Shown here in pieces: positions 1 to 14,414 of a stretch of 64,000 nt of DNA (position 1 is the first letter of the stretch; every line of letters begins with the position of its first letter). The stretch covers positions 2,418,001 to 2,482,000 of the forward strand of contig CM030332.1 in NCBI GenBank assembly GCA_017654855.1, read 5' to 3'. Made by a program: the position numbers and the translations under genes. The stretch comes from Podospora anserina. Lineage: Eukaryota. A model generated the notes under the pieces. The model was not told where the DNA came from and searched no databases. It worked only from the letters and a program-made list of their open reading frames with translations.

Positions 1-549
1 GAGCGCTCGGTTTCGACTTGTGGGCATCCCTGGTACGAAGTTAGGGTCAACGGGGTGAGGGTTACCTATGCCGCATGCGCTTGTCTTGGAGTAGGTGCGC
101 AGCCCTGGGAACATCGACCTGACATTTCAACTCCTGGCCTGCGGTTCTTCCCATAACCCAGGGCCCTTTCCTTCCCGGACTCCGTGCCTCCTTGGGGGAG
201 GGTGCTCACTTGTCGCAGCCTGCAATCTGCCTATTTTCCGCCTCTTTCGAGGCCTGGTACTGTAAGTTTCGGCCCAGCACCCGCTACTGTACCGTTGGGC
301 TGCTTGGCTGGCGCGTTGCTCGCAAGACCACGCTGCACTGCACTGCTTGTTGCTGCAACAGCTGCGACAAGTCGGGTGGTCTTCGTGTGCGGCAAAGTGC
401 TCGAGGTGCGAATCAGGAACAACCCAGGAAAAGCAGACGCCTGTTATATCCAGGCCCATCATTATTAGCTCCATCTGAGCGGGTGGCCCGGCGTCTTGCG
501 CAGCCTCTCTCATTTGGCGTTTGACACCTGGCAGCAGTCTGCTGGCAGC

Positions 550-3004
550 ATGGGCCGGAGCAAGCCTGTACCGCAGCCGCTTACGCTGCCGCCCAGCGAC
601 GACTCTCGTGGTGAAACTGTCCCCAATTCCGCTCGACTGACGACGGCTTCGCCCCGATCCCCGCGCTCCCCTTTCCGCTTCGGCCAAAAAAAGTCTGAGA
701 ACGCCGGAGAGCCTCTGCAGCTTGCCGACGTCTTGCACCAGCCTGAGAAGCAGAGTCCAATTCACAATCACCAACACGAACACCAGCTTCAGCAGCAACA
801 ACAACAACAACAGCAGCAGCAGCAGCACCAGCCGCGGCCCCAATACCAGCCCTCAGTCCAAGCCCAGAGCCAACCACACGTCAATTCACCAGGCCAAGCC
901 CCGCTCCCTACTGAGCAACTAGCTGAGAAACGCCCCCTTGACCACACTCCCACCTCCTCGCCGCCATTGCACTCACCAGGAGACCGGACTGCCGACCAAC
1001 AGAATCGACTGCCCAACCAGCCCCCGCCGCACCTTGGCCACAGAAACCCGCGGCACGACGACGACAAGGCTTCAAAGTCGAGTTTCTTCTTCAACTTTGG
1101 AAAGGCGGCCAGGCCGTCGGACCGTCCCTCCACACACCAACACTCAGACTCCCGCGCTGAAACTATGTCAAGAGATTCTGAACATTCCACGCCTTCGAAT
1201 CAGAGCACTAAGCATTCGGGTATGTCGATCCAAAGTTTATCTTGCTTAGCTTCCACGGCCCACCCTTTTTGACCTACGGCCTGTCCCTCGGCCTAGTGTT
1301 TTGTGCGCGCGCAGCAGCCAACTTGACTGTCTCGCCCGGCTTTGTTTCATGGTTTGACTAACACTCTCTGGTGTCCGAAATTGCAGAACCACCCCAGCAG
1401 GAGACCTCAGCGCAAAGATCCATTCCCCAGTTGCCGTCCAGATCTCAAGTGTCACTAGCCTCGTCTGCCGATCACGATAGCCAAAACAATTCCGCCAACG
1501 CCTCCGGCTCGAAAAAGCACAAACCAAAGCCCTTCAACCTACTGAGCCGAAACAGATCGTTCAAGGACAAGGAAAACAAGGAGACCAAGAGCAGTCCGAG
1601 CCCCAGGGAACAGACTCTGGCACCATTAAAAGCCGGCGACTCGGAGAGGCTTGCCCCTCTGAAAACTGCCCCGCTCCAGGCACACGACCGATCGTTCCGC
1701 GACATGATGTCCTCGGCGGTCCGCAACCATTCGGCGGAAAGGCCGCAGGCGAGAGAGATTGGCGGAGGAAAGGGAAGGGACCAAGATGGGGGACATCGAG
1801 GCTTGCCTTCCTCTCTAAGAGAGGCGGGCGGATCCGCATTTTTCAGTAATCTCAAGAACAGCAAAGCTGCCGGCATTATCAGCACCCGTTTGTTCGGCAA
1901 GGACAGCAAGAACGAGCCCCCAGTACCAAGAGAGCCATTGATAGATGACGAGAGTTATGTGCTCAAAGTCATCAACCTGCCTCTCGTGGAGCAGACACGG
2001 TTGACCAGGATATCAAAGCGGCTGGAGGATTCGCGAGACAAGACGGAGTTCTGGATGCCCGCCTTCCCATGGAGAGCGATTGACTACCTTAACTATAAAG
2101 GAAGTGACGTAGAAGGATTGTACCGGGTACCAGGCAGTGGACCGCAAATCAAGAAGTGGCAAAGGAAGTTCGACGAAGGTATGATGCCAAGACGCCAAGA
2201 GATATACTGGAAACCCCCTTTGTGACCATTCTTGCTGACAGTGCGTTTGTAGAACTCGATGTTGATCTGTTTGAGCAGCCGGATCTTTACGACATCAATA
2301 TTATTGGGTCGATGTTGAAGGCTTGGTTACGAGAGTTACCTGACGAGCTGTTTCCCAAATCAGCCCAAGACAGGATCGCCAGAGAATGCGCAGGCGCAGA
2401 GACGGTCCCCCAGCTGCTCATCGACGAACTTTCGAACCTTTCGCCTTTCAACTACTACCTCTTGTTTGCCATCACGTGCCATCTCAGTCTGTTGCTTGCC
2501 CACTCCGACAAGAACAAGATGGATTTCCGCAATCTCTGCATTTGCTTCCAGCCCTGCATGAAGATTGATGCCTTTTGCTTCAAGTTCTTGGTGTGCGACT
2601 GGCGCGAGTGCTGGAAGGGCTGCAAGAACGAGGCCAAGTACATCGAGGAGGAGTATGCGCTCTTTGATCAGCCACCACCTATGCGAGCTATCGGCGAGGC
2701 GAGGAGGAACGGAGCTCCCCTGAATGAGGAACACAAGCCAGAACCCCACAGGCCAGAGCCCCGGAATATTTCGTCATCGAACAGCAGCAAGAGCTCCATC
2801 AGAGGCGCGGCCGACAACCAACAGCCGCAGCAAAAGCAATCACGACCAAAGAAGAAGGCGCTGCCGGAGAGTGAGAGCATTGATACAGGCTCCACAATCT
2901 CGACAACACTGACCATCAACAGTGACATAGAGACACCACCAAGGCGATCAGGAGATTTGCGTCCCCTCTCGCCTATCAAGCCGCTCTCGCCTCTGAACTT
3001 TTAG
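550..3004 (+). CDS. RhoGAP-domain protein with long low-complexity N-terminus (3 exons)
   Basis: ORFs 496-1272, 1371-2225 and 2156-3004 are joined by introns at about 1220-1386 and 2179-2252. RhoGAP motifs: 'RAIDYL...EGLYRVPGSG' (arginine finger), 'GSMLKAWLRELPDELFP', 'NKMDFRNLCICFQP'. Confidence 0.88.
790..826 (+). repeat. CAG/CAA trinucleotide microsatellite encoding polyQ
   Basis: cagcagcaacaacaacaacaacagcagcagcagcag inside RhoGAP exon 1. Confidence 0.9.
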
Positions 3005-4109
3005 GTGGACGCTGTACAAAAGCCGCAAACTGGATTCTCATGTCGATGGGATTCGGTATTCCTATTCTCATCGTCGAACGATCGTCACGCCCGTCCACGA
3101 CTCTTTTCTTTACCCGTACCGCAGTGCGTATTTACCGGAACCACATCGTACCTACCTATTTCATTATCAACCCATCTAGCTGTTGGCAGCCATGAGAGAG
3201 GTTGCCAATCTTGCTTCGTTCGACCTTGATCAAATGGTCGATATCAAAACGTTGTCCACTACACAAGAGGACAATTACACACACACGGGGATACTGGAGA
3301 TCACAACACCTGAATTTTGCTTTGTCGTTTTTTTCCAAGTCAGAGGGGGTTTTAGCATGCGGGCCGTTCTTGTTTTGGTGCTTTGCGTTGATTTATCTGC
3401 CTTTGCTTTTCGTGTCAGTTTGGAATACCCCGTCCGGCCTCGTTTTCTTTTATTTTTGTGTTGAAATACCACCACGCGCAAGACGTGGGAAAGGGTATTG
3501 AAGTTTTCTTTTAATCACGAAATTGATTCACTTCTCGCTAGTTGTGGTGTAGTAGTGGCTGGGAGGGGGGCTGTTGTTTATAAGTGCTGAAGAGAAAAGT
3601 TTTTCCGGCCAGGCTACTCCGGGTGGGAGGTGGATAAAAAGATGACAAGCATCTTTTGTTCATGAGTGGCCTTGGTCTAAAACACTTTGTGTATGGGGGG
3701 GATGGGAAAGGGGAAGGGGGCATTCAAAAGCAGCAGCGGCAAGTGTACGATATTGACTTTTTTGGTTTCTGGAAGGCTGGTGCTTGTTTGGCTGGAGATG
3801 GGGTGGTCAAGAAAAGAGGGAGGGATTGTGGTTGCAGTTGTGTGTGTGTGAATAATGAAAAATACAGGATTGGATTGTCCAGGGACAGATCACGCTATTC
3901 TGTTTGCTTTGAAGAGACGTGAACAACCATTGCATATTGCATGACAAGAATTGTTTTATTTCCCCTTGTCCTCCACCAGAGAGTGGTGTCAAGTCCACCC
4001 CAAACCCATCAACGCCAAAGAAGCAAAGAAGATAACAACTGAATCCCCAGGAAATCTGATTTCTCCCAAACGCCCATTGATATCATGTGCCAACACCATT
4101 AACAGTTTT

Positions 4110-4709
4110 TTACTTCCTCTGCCCAGCGTGCCTCTCATTCCTCCTCATCCTCCTCTCATTCCTCTTGATATTCTCCCTAATCTCCCTCCTCTTGTCACCC
4201 CTGATACTCGTCCCCTCCTTCCTCTCCAGCTCCTTCTTGGAGTTGTGCTTAATCTCGATGATCGCCTCGTCCTGACCGGCCTTGTTGGCGCCCTTGTAAC
4301 CCCACTTGCGCTCGTGCTCGCCAGTCTCGGGGTTGAGCTGCAGGTTGCGGCGCTGCTCGCGAGTCTTGGGCTTGATGCCGCGGCGTCTGGCGAAGGCGGC
4401 CCATTTAGTCTCTGGCTTGGGGGTGGGGACGGGCTTCTCGCGGGGGAGGGGGGTGACGGGGCCGGGGAGGGAGAGCAGGACGCCGGCGGGGGTGGAGGAT
4501 ATGGGGAGGGTGGTGAGCAGTTGGTTGATTAGGGACTGGGTGCCGTCTCTGGCGATGTCGTAGAGGGAGGACTCGAGGGAGGGGCCGGTGCTGGCGGGGA
4601 GGGAGAGGGGGTTGGGGTCGTTGGCTAGGAGGAGGCCGAGGTCGAAGGTGTAAGGGGTGGGCTTGGAGACTGTGACGGGGAGTTTGGGGGGTTTGGTATC
4701 GGTGGACAT
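4110..4709 (-). CDS. RRS1: Ribosome biogenesis regulatory protein Rrs1
   Basis: 199 aa single exon with 'PYTFDLGLLLANDPNP', 'ARDGTQSLINQL', 'LPREKPVP..KPETKWAAFARRRGI' and 'KWGYKGANK'. Confidence 0.93.
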   Translation of the reverse strand: MSTDTKPPKLPVTVSKPTPYTFDLGLLLANDPNPLSLPASTGPSLESSLYDIARDGTQSLINQLLTTLPISSTPAGVLLSLPGPVTPLPREKPVPTPKPETKWAAFARRRGIKPKTREQRRNLQLNPETGEHERKWGYKGANKAGQDEAIIEIKHNSKKELERKEGTSIRGDKRREIRENIKRNERRMRRNERHAGQRK

Positions 4710-5231
4710 GGTGATGGTCTTGTGAGATTAAACCAGGAAAGTTGTGGTTTTGGTTTGGTTGAGAAGGAGGTTAAAGGTCGAATTGATGGTGTTAGCGGAC
4801 AGAGATTGGTGTTGCGATGTCCGACGCAGAAGTGAAGCTTGACTTGTTGCGATGCGATTAGAGTTGAATGGCAAGCAAAGAAACTGGAGGCGCTTCTGAA
4901 AATTTGGGCGGTCAAAAGCTGCAGAAACCCAACAGCTTGGAGATTGCGGGGCAGAAATGTGGAAGAACCCCGGCTTTATTGGCGTCGCTTTCCAAGCTTC
5001 GACCGAACGGCTGCTTGGCTTTGAACTGCCAATAAGTGGTCTGTGCTTCAAGAACCTCACAGCCGTCCGATTTTGAGTTCAGAGATTTTGGAGGCTGCTC
5101 GACAAGCGGGACCAGCTTCCGGGCCGTAAGTGCAATTGGCGACGCCGACGACCCCTGACACCGGCCCCCTACGATGCGATAGAGCGCCCTGCTACCGATA
5201 GACAGAAATTCACAAAATAAACCCCGCAAAA

Positions 5232-6739
5232 ATGTCGGCAAGCAACTGCCTGAGATGCCTTGGCCGGCCATCAGTGGCAGGAGCTTCGAGAGGTGTTGTT
5301 GTGCCCGTCTTTGCGCCCAGAACGGCGGCTCCCTTCTCGACGACTGCTGTCCAGAATGCTCTGCCGGCGAAGCCAAAGAGCGCCGAGCACCAGGACCGGT
5401 CGGTGAGGGTGTACCGTGCGGGCAGGAAGATGACGATCAAGAAGAAGAACACCCAGGACAGGGGCAAGCCCCCTCTCCCAGGCGAGCGCAAGGCCTTCCG
5501 CAAGAAGATTGTCCTCAGCAACGACAACGCCTTTCCCGTACCGTGGGTGACAGAGATGGAGGCAAGCAGCTTGTCGAACGAGAACAAGGTCGGCAGCATT
5601 GTGTCACTTCCCCCTGCGCTGCAGGATCAACTGCGCGCCACTGAGGCTTTCCAGCCTACACAGACTTGGGGCTTGTTCAGAAAGCCCTCGACATTAATCC
5701 GGAAGGAGACGGTCGGGTTGACGGGCAAGATGGAGAAGGCGGTTGAGAACAAGCAGACGGCTCGTATTGTCCTCGCGGGTGAGAAGATCTCGGGCAAGAG
5801 CACCATGCTCCTCCAGGCTCAGTCACACGCCTACCTCAACAACTGGATTGTGATTCACTTCCCAGATGGTATTTCCCCCTTTTTCCCTCCCCCTTTTTGT
5901 AACCCCCCAACTAACACGCTTCCTCAGCCCAAGAACTCACCAACGGCTCAACCGAATACGCCCCCATCCCCAACACCGAAAACCCAACTCTCTACATGCA
6001 GCAAAACTACTGCCTCAAGCTCCTCCAATCCATCAAAAAGGCCAACGAGAAGATCCTCGCCAAGCTGCTCTCCGTCTCCAACCACAACGAGCTCCCCCAA
6101 AACATCACCGTCAACCAGCCCCTCCTGTCCCTGATCAACGCCGCCAAAGAAGCCGAGGGCGCCTGGTCCGTCTTCCAGGCCCTCTGGTCCGAACTCAACG
6201 CCCAGGGCGTCAACCGGCCCCCCATCCTCCTCAGCATGGACAACCTCCCCCACATCATGAAGATGTCCGAGTACCGCTCTGCCTCGTTTGACAAGATTCA
6301 CTCTCACGACTTGTCTCTGGTCAGGCTCTTCACCGAGGCCCTGGCGGGCAACACCCGCTTCCCGTCCGGTGGTGCCGTCATCGCCGCGACAAACAGAAAC
6401 AACGGGCCGCGGATTCCGAGCATGGAGTTGGCGCTGAAGCAGAGGTTGGCGGAGCAGATCAAGGTTGTTGAGGGTGAGGAGGCGCCCGAGCCGCCGGTGA
6501 GGGATCCTTATTTCAAGGGGTATGATGATAGAGTGGAGAAGGTGCTCAAGACGGTGGAGGTGATAGAGGTGAACAAGATTGGGAAGAGGGAGGCGAGGAG
6601 TTTGATGGAGTATTGGGCTGCTAGTGGGTTGTTGAGGACGACAGTGGATGAGCAGGTTGTGAGTGAGAAGTGGACGTTGGGTGGGTGCGGTGTTTTGGGC
6701 GAGATGGAGAGGGCGGCGTTGTTGACGATGAAGATTTAG
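5232..6739 (+). CDS. RSM23: Mitochondrial small-subunit ribosomal protein mS29 (Rsm23/DAP3)
   Basis: Presequence-like N-terminus, 'PGERKAFRKKIVLSNDNA', P-loop 'GEKISGKST', C-terminal 'EARSLMEYWAASG...EKWTLGGCGVLGEMER'. One intron at about 5869-5927. Confidence 0.85.
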
Positions 6740-7126
6740 GGATGATTGGGGGTTCGAAAAATCAGGGGGGTGGGGAATAAAATGTATATTTGTGTATCAT
6801 CAGTGATAGATAGTATGGGCCTCATGATGAAAAATTGTATTGTAGAGTTTTTGAATGCTGTTTACGTTGGAAATGATATCTATTCCCAAAGAATTGTCTG
6901 CTTTTGATGCTGGATAAGTTGGCATGGCTTATTTGAGGGGCGTCAGAAGGGCACAGGTAGAATATTTTCCCATGTTTTTTGTTTTAGCTCATCCTACAAA
7001 CACTATACGGACAAAGCTAATGGTAAAATCTCTGGTATCCGTTTCCCAAACCCATCAAACCCAAACTAGTAGACAAGACATAAAACGCCACAAACGCAGT
7101 CAAAATCTCACCGCTTCCAAAGACTC

Positions 7127-9812
7127 TCACAGCTCCTGGCTACCTTCCCTATCATTCGCCACAATAAACACCAACCTCGACCCATTGCCAGTTGTTTGCC
7201 AGATCTATTCATTCTCTTGTTAGCATAGTGTCTCAAATCAAGGTCAGTCGGGGTATCAAAACTCACGTTCAAATCTGTGTACTCCTCCAAAGCAGTCATC
7301 CACTGGTTCTCCGTGAAACCCTTCGCAATCACTCTCTCCTTCACCTTCCTCAAGTTCAGCTCCACACCAAACTCGTTCTCGTTATCCTCATCATCCTCCA
7401 TCTCATCCGCCCGGCAAGCGCCACTGTCCGCAAGACCCTTGACAAGATTGAAGATCTTGCTGCTGGCGTTGAGGCCCCTTCTGCCGGTCCGGTTCCCATC
7501 GTCCATAGCGAGGGACTCCTTCGAGGCTTCGATCAAACGCAGCGCTTCATCTACATCTTCTTGCTTAACCGTGTTGCTGAACTGGAGACGGGCGAGAGCC
7601 TGCGCAAGACGGACGATGCCGAGAAGAGTACGGGGGGTGGTATGCCCAAAATTTTGAGACTTCTTCTCGTTGCGCTTGTGCTGGTTGCGGAGGCGGACGT
7701 AGGTCTTGACCATGTAGTCGGCGACGTTCGGAGGGAGGACAGGGCGGTAGGTGCGGGCCTTGGCAACATAGGCACGGACTTCGGCTGGGCTGAAGACGAA
7801 GCCGTCCGAGGTGTCGATGTCGGGGTGCTTGTTGTGCATGTGAACGTAGGCGACATGCTTGGCGAGTTGGGCGTCAGTTTCTCTTGTTGGGGTGTCGAGC
7901 AACAGGAACATGACGTCGAAACGGGAGAGGAGGGCGGCGGGGAGGTTAATGTTTTCGACGGCGGTGAGACGGGTGTTGTAACGGCCATAGAGAGGGTTGG
8001 CGGCGGCCAGAATTGACGTGCGGGCATTGAGAGAAGTGGAAATACCGGCCTTGGAGATGGAAATCGTCTGCTGCTCCATGACTTCGTGGATGGCAGTACG
8101 GTCGTTGTCGTCCATTTTGTCAAACTCATCGATACAGCAGATACCATTATCAGCAAGGACAAGGGCACCACCTTCAAGGACCATCTCATCTGTTACAGGG
8201 TCGCGCATGACGGCAGCAGTGAGACCGACACCGGATGAACCACGACCAGAGGTGTAAACACCGCGAGGAGCCACCTTCGAAATGTACTTCAACAACTGAG
8301 ATTTGGCCACACCTGGGTCACCCATGAGGCAGATATTGATATCACCACGGATACGCATACCGTCACCAACCTCCTTGGTAACGCCACCCACAAGCAGCAA
8401 CAGGAGTGCCTTCTTGACGTCGAGGTGACCGAAGATTTCAGGGGCGATGGACTTGGCAAGGTACTCATACTGGTTGCCGGACTGAAAGGACTTGGCGATT
8501 CTCCTTTCCATCAAGGGATCGATCTGCATATCCTCGTAGGCCTTCTTGTGCTGAATGACATCGTGTGCCTCGAGGTAAGTGTCGGTCAAGAGACCAGCGC
8601 GCATGGCCTGGAAACCGGTGTAAGGTGTTGGGAGGAAAATGCCGGAAATATCAACAGTATCACCAGGGTGCACTTTCCGCACAAGAGTGCCATAGCAAAG
8701 TACGGTAAGTGTCCTGGGAATCTGACCAATGGGCACCTGCTCGGCAAGTTCCTGAATCTTAACCTCCTGGAAGGGCAGGAACTTGGAAGCTCTTGATGAT
8801 GGGTACAGCTGACCCTTGGCCTGATTTTCCTTACAATCCTTCGACGGGCACAGTGTGAGGGGACCGTACTGCTTATCGGACACGGGCTGGAAAATTTCGC
8901 AACCGCAGCGATCGCAAGTATAGGCGCTGACCTGCACAATAGGCTTGACGTCTGATACTCTGGTGGCGATGCCGCGGATGGTGATGAGGTGTCCGAGGTG
9001 GTCGCCACGGACTTGTCTGACAGAGAGTGCCTTCAGGGGCTCGCCCGACATGGCGGTTCTGGGCTTGAAGACAAGGGTGTATCGGCGGGTGAGTTGCGCA
9101 GGGTATTGCTCGTTCAGCATAGCTGGGTCCGCAGTTCTCTCAGCGGCCTCAACCAGATCCGCGTTACGCTGGGCCCGGTTGGCCATTAATACGTCGAGCA
9201 CATCGTCCTTGAAAGTAAGTCCCTGAGTTGGTTGTGGCATCAACTTGTCGATGGCCCTCGAAAGAATCTCGACATAGTGCTTTGTGTTCTTCTCGATCGA
9301 CTCAACGAGCTTGAGCTCCAGGCCCAAGTCCTCTTCAAACTGCATCATGGGTCATTAGAAAATGTTCATGTCGAAAAGGGGCCGTAATAGGAGCAGAACA
9401 CACCGTATGGATGTCATCCAGCTCGATTGCCACCTCGTTTGTCTTTCTGTCGGCCAGTTCTTGGAGAATCAGCTTGTATTTGTGTACAGGCTCCTTGGCT
9501 CCTCTCCTTTGCTGGCGGCGCCGTTGCTGTCCCGCCTCGTCATCCTCATCCATAAAATCATAATCATCGCTCAGGTCGTCCTCGTTAATTGTGATGTTTC
9601 CCAGCGCAGTGGTGATGGTCTCCTGCGGCGACGTCTTGAAATCGGTAAGGAAATGCTCAAAGGCCTCTGCTCCACCGTCAGCGCACTGTTGATATTTTAC
9701 TGCCTTTGTTTTGTTTTGATTTGTTTTCCAAATTTTCTTCAGGGATGGTTGGGCCGCGCTCACCTTGCTGTTCGCCGTACTCGACGGGCGCTTTCATGTT
9801 AAAGAGAGCCAT
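7127..9812 (-). CDS. MCM7: DNA replication licensing factor MCM7
   Basis: Zinc finger 'CDRCGCE...CPSKDC', Walker A 'GDPGVAKSQLL', 'CCIDEFDKM', 'ALLSRFD', 'TPRTLLGIVRLAQALARL'. Introns near 9670-9762, 9340-9403 and 7205-7266. The last exon ends 'IWQTTGNGSRLVF...QEL*'. Confidence 0.95.
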
Positions 9813-10426
9813 GGTTGCGACGTTTGTTTACTTGCGCCCGGGATGCGCTGGGTCGCAGTGTTGATGTGGTTGTTGGGACGGGGATGGGAGCGTCGGGCTT
9901 TCAGTTGAAGATGATCAAGAAAACACCTGCTGCTGGTGCTAGGATGATGCGGGATGGAGGCCGGGCACTGCCAATCCAATGCCCCTGTCAATGTTCCTGA
10001 CAGGGGGCACGCGCTGGAACGCGGTCAGGCACGGAGCGAGACGTGTCGTGGGCCAAGAGGCAATTAAAAGTGTTCCACGTTCAGGCTCTCAGCTGTGGAG
10101 GGGCACTGTCGGACGGGTGCCAGCTGGGAGAGCCCAAGAAGGACCGGTGACCTTGATGGTCGGAGCTTGCCTCGGCACATGCCACCCGCTGATTGCCGGG
10201 AAACCTTCCCCGTCCGAGAGCTGCCCCGAGGTGAGCTGCATCCATCCGATGCGCTATCCCATGCGCTACGAAAGCGGACCCGATCAGCTGCATCTTCTTT
10301 AACGCCGGGGAGAACGGCGTCCCTCCGTGTGCAACACCATCTGTACATACTACAATTGTTTTTTCTGTTCTTGTTCCTCTCTTCGCGGTACCCCAGAAGC
10401 CCAGATTGAATTCAGTAACAGATACA

Positions 10427-13400
10427 ATGGCGCCGCGCAAGAACGCGCAGTCAACGGCTGCCGAAATATCACTGGTACATCTACAGAACTGTTTTGCAAA
10501 CCTGCCCCAGTCGCTGGCCTCTTTGCTCGCCAACGTCAACACTGTAAGCGCTTTCTTTTGTCTTTTCATAGTCTGTAGCTCTTATGTGACTAAATGATAT
10601 TAATTGTGTTCTTAGCCCGCTCAAAATGTCATTGTCGAACTCACCTACCGCGTCCCTACCCCTCCTGGCTCAGGGGCTGCAGCATCGTCCACCAAGTCCA
10701 TCTACCTAGGATGGACCGGCATGCCCAGCAAGCGCAGAGTCGCCCCGATCGTAGACAGAAACGGTATCAATGGGTCAAGAAGCGGCCGTGATCAGGAAGT
10801 TCCCCTCGTGGAAATCGACGCAACGCTGGCTGCAACCGTGGGGTTGAAGGATGGACAAAAGGTCACAGCGACGATACACTTCGACCCCCCTATGGCGACC
10901 ACCGTCAACATTGAGCCTCTGACGCCCGAGGACTGGGAGATGATTGAATTACATGGTAGCTTCCTGGAGGACAACTTGTTGTTCCAGATCCGCGCGGTAC
11001 CAAATCCCACTTATGCGCCTGGAGGCGTTCTTGCTGGTGCGCATCCATTGACGCTTCACCTCTCACAAACGTCGACCGCGAGCATTAAAGTACTTTCCCT
11101 CGACCCCCCACTGTCGGCAGATTCCCCCTTTGCCAAGATCGCCCCCGACGCCGAGGTTATCGTGGCCCCGAAGACCAGGCAAAAGCAACGAAGTAGCAAG
11201 GACAACAGAAGTGTGGGCGGTGCCTCGAGGAAGAGTGGAAAGAGCACAGGGAGTTCCAGGCGGAAAAGTGTCAAAGAAGAGAAAAGGCCAGTTCTGTTCT
11301 TCCGCAGCGTTGACAAGAAAAACTGCCTGGAGTGGTTTGACGAGGGAGTAGAGGTGGACGATCTCAGTGTGTGGGTCGATACGGATATGCTCTTTACCAA
11401 GGAGCTGAAAGGAGTGAACTATGTTGCGGTCAGTCTGGTGCGCCCAGCAGGACTCCAACAACCGCTCGATTCGCAGACACAACCTCAGGAGGCAGACCCA
11501 GCATCCAAAGCATCCACCAAAATCATTGCCCACCTGCGTTCTTGGGAAGAGCCGCCAGATGGACAGACCGCAGCACTCTCAACCAGTCTGTGTGCCGCTC
11601 TCGGCTGCCAGGGACTTGTGGGAGGGGTTGTGAAGATTGAGCCCGCCCCTACACCGTTGCCAAAGAAGACGCCAGATCAGGAGGGAATCAACCGCGATTC
11701 GGTTCAAAAAATCAAGGTTTTCCCCTTTCAAACAACAAAACCTACGATATCAGCAGGCCTCAAATTTGGTGGACAGTCGAAAGCCGAGCGCGAAGAGGGT
11801 GCCAATCAAGTCAAACATATCTATGGCACCGAGGGTAATTCATTGCTGGCTGGACCGTTGACGGATGGCCAGGTTCTCGGAGTTCACGATGGCATGACAT
11901 TCCCACGAGGTTGGGAAGGTGCTGTTGTCCGATTTGAACCTTCTCAGCCAACCTCTCAGAGTGGCAAGAAGCCCCTGAGCTGGATCTTGGGATCAGAGTG
12001 GAGGTTGCCCATCTCCATTCAACCACCAATTCCTAAGCCTGCTTGGCTTACTGAGTTTGAAGCTGAGCTAGCCACTGAACCGTCTGATTCTCTGCTCGTA
12101 GGCATCGACTCGTTGCTTGACAAGCTCAAGACTCATGTTATGCATATGTCTTCGGTTCTCTTGACAGGCGGTCAGGGTGCTGGCAAGACCTGTGTGGCAC
12201 AACACATTGCCCATGCTTTGCGGTCATCTCAACTGTTTCACACCACTTACTTTTCCTGCACAAAGCTCTTGGGTGATGAGAGCCGGGTCACCACTATCAA
12301 GGAGACCCTTAACCGTCTGTTTATGGCTGCCAGCTGGGGTGCCAGGCTTGGTGGCAAGGCGCTCGTGATCCTTGATGATTTGGACAAGCTCTGCCCAGCA
12401 GAGACAGAACTCCAAGTAGGCAACAACAATGCCCGTGCTCGGCAGATCAGCGAGGCGATTTGCTCCATGGTCAAACAATACTGCGGCCGGGACAGCAATG
12501 TTGTCTTGCTGGCCACCTGCCAGGGCAAAGAGTCTCTTCACAACGTCCTCGTAGGCGGTCACATCGTTCGTGAGATTGTCGACCTGGCCGCTCCCGACAA
12601 GGAAACCAGACGTCGTATCATGGAAGCTCTCACCAAACAAGGCTCCGTCTCTCCGGAAGATTCCTATGCCAACGACGATGACCCCGAAGACATCAGCCGC
12701 CCCACTACCGCAGATGGCAGCGCCACCGATGGTGACGGAGACGGCTGGATGGACGGTCCCAGCCGCCCTCCACGCCAAAACACTCGCGCCAAACCAAGTG
12801 GCTTCATCCTCGATGCCGATCTCGACTTCCTCGACATCGCCGGCCAGACAGACGGCTACATGCCCGGCGACCTCATCCTCCTCATCTCCCGCGCCCGCAA
12901 CGAGGCCCTTTCCCGCTCCGTCACCTCTTCTCTGTCCTCCAACGTTCCCAATCCAAACCTAACCACCATCCACCTCTCCCGCGCGGACTTCACCTCCGCC
13001 CTGAAAGGCTTTACCCCTGCTTCCCTCAGAAACGTAACCCTCCAATCCTCCACCACGACTTTTGCCTCGATCGGTGGTCTCCAGGAAACCCGCCAGGTCC
13101 TCCTGGAAACACTGCAGTATCCCACCAAATACGCCCCCATTTTCGCCCAGTGCCCCCTGCGGCTCCGTTCAGGGTTGTTGTTATACGGCTACCCAGGCTG
13201 CGGCAAAACCCTCCTCGCCTCTGCCGTCGCGGGCGAGTGCGGCCTGAATTTCATCTCGGTCAAGGGACCAGAGATTCTGAACAAGTACATTGGTGCCTCT
13301 GAAAAATCCGTCCGCGACCTCTTTGCCCGAGCCTCGGCCGCTAAGCCGTGCGTGTTGTTCTTTGACGAGTTTGACAGCATCGCCCCCAAGAGAGGCCACG

Positions 13401-14209
13401 ACTCGACTGGTGTGACAGACAGAGTAGTCAACCAGCTTTTGACGCAGATGGATGGTGCGGAAGGACTGTCTGGTGTTTACGTGCTCGCTGCTACCTCCCG
13501 GCCGGATTTGATCGACCCTGCGTTGCTACGACCGGGAAGATTGGACAAGAGTTTGCTCTGTGACTTTCCCAACGAGGAAGACAGATTGGATATCATCCGT
13601 GCGTTGGCCGGGAAAGTGAAGGTAGATGAAGAAGTTTGGGGGGATGAGGGGGTGCTGAGGGAGTTGGGGAGGAGGACGGACGGGTTCAGCGGGGCGGATT
13701 TGCAAGCGCTGGTTAGTAATGCGCAGTTGGAGGCTATTCATGATGTTTTGGGGGATAGGGAGACTTCTGCCACGGTTGTTACTAGGAGGGGGGAGAAGGG
13801 TAACAAGGGGACGGGAAGGACGAGGGATTTCTTGCAGTTCAAGTATGGGGAGGAGGAGGTGAATGGGGATGTGGGGGTGCCGAAGACGAGGCAGCAGATG
13901 CTGGCTGAGCAGGCGGCTATTGTGGGGAAGTTGGAGGGGATTAAAGCTGCGAGGAAGAGGAGCAAGGTTGCGCCAGCGGGGCAGAAGCAGCTGGAGGATA
14001 AGAAGGAGGTTGATGCTGGGGGGAACAAGGAGGTGGTGATTAAGTGGGCGCACTTGGAGAAGGCGTTGGAGGAGACGAGGGCTAGTATTTCTAGGACGGA
14101 GAGAGCGAGACTGGAGAGGATTTATAGGGAGTTTGTGGATGGGAGGAGTGGGGAGATGAAGGATGGGCAGGGGAGTATGGAGATTGGGGGGAGGAGTAGT
14201 TTGATGTAG
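10427..14209 (+). CDS. PEX1: Peroxisomal AAA+ ATPase Pex1
   Basis: N-terminus 'MAPRKN...LQNCFANLP', then an intron at about 10544-10615. PEX1-N motif 'IEPLTPEDWEMIELH'. Two AAA modules ('GGQGAGKT'; 'LRSGLLLYGYPGCGKT...FFDEFDSIAPKRGHDSTGVTDRVVNQ'). C-terminus 'IGGRSSLM'. Confidence 0.95.
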
Positions 14210-14414
14210 AGGGCGTGTGGGGGGTGTAATTAATGTGTATAAGTGTGTATAAGTGTGTGTAATCAAAATCATTAGAGATGTGCAAGTTTGGGTTATGTTC
14301 AAAAAGCTGCCAAAGAGGTTGGTTTGTGCGAGTCATCAATTGCGAGAAATCTTTTTGATGTATGGTGCAAAATGAACTTTTGTCTAGCCCCTTTCTGTTT
14401 TCTTTCCTGTCCTT

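Noticed and set aside
7192-9226. Long antisense or alternate-frame ORFs over MCM7 (also over VTC4 27774-28802, PEX1 13526-14302 and the glucosyltransferase)
   Set aside because: These are shadows of codon bias in conserved genes and have no recognisable motifs.
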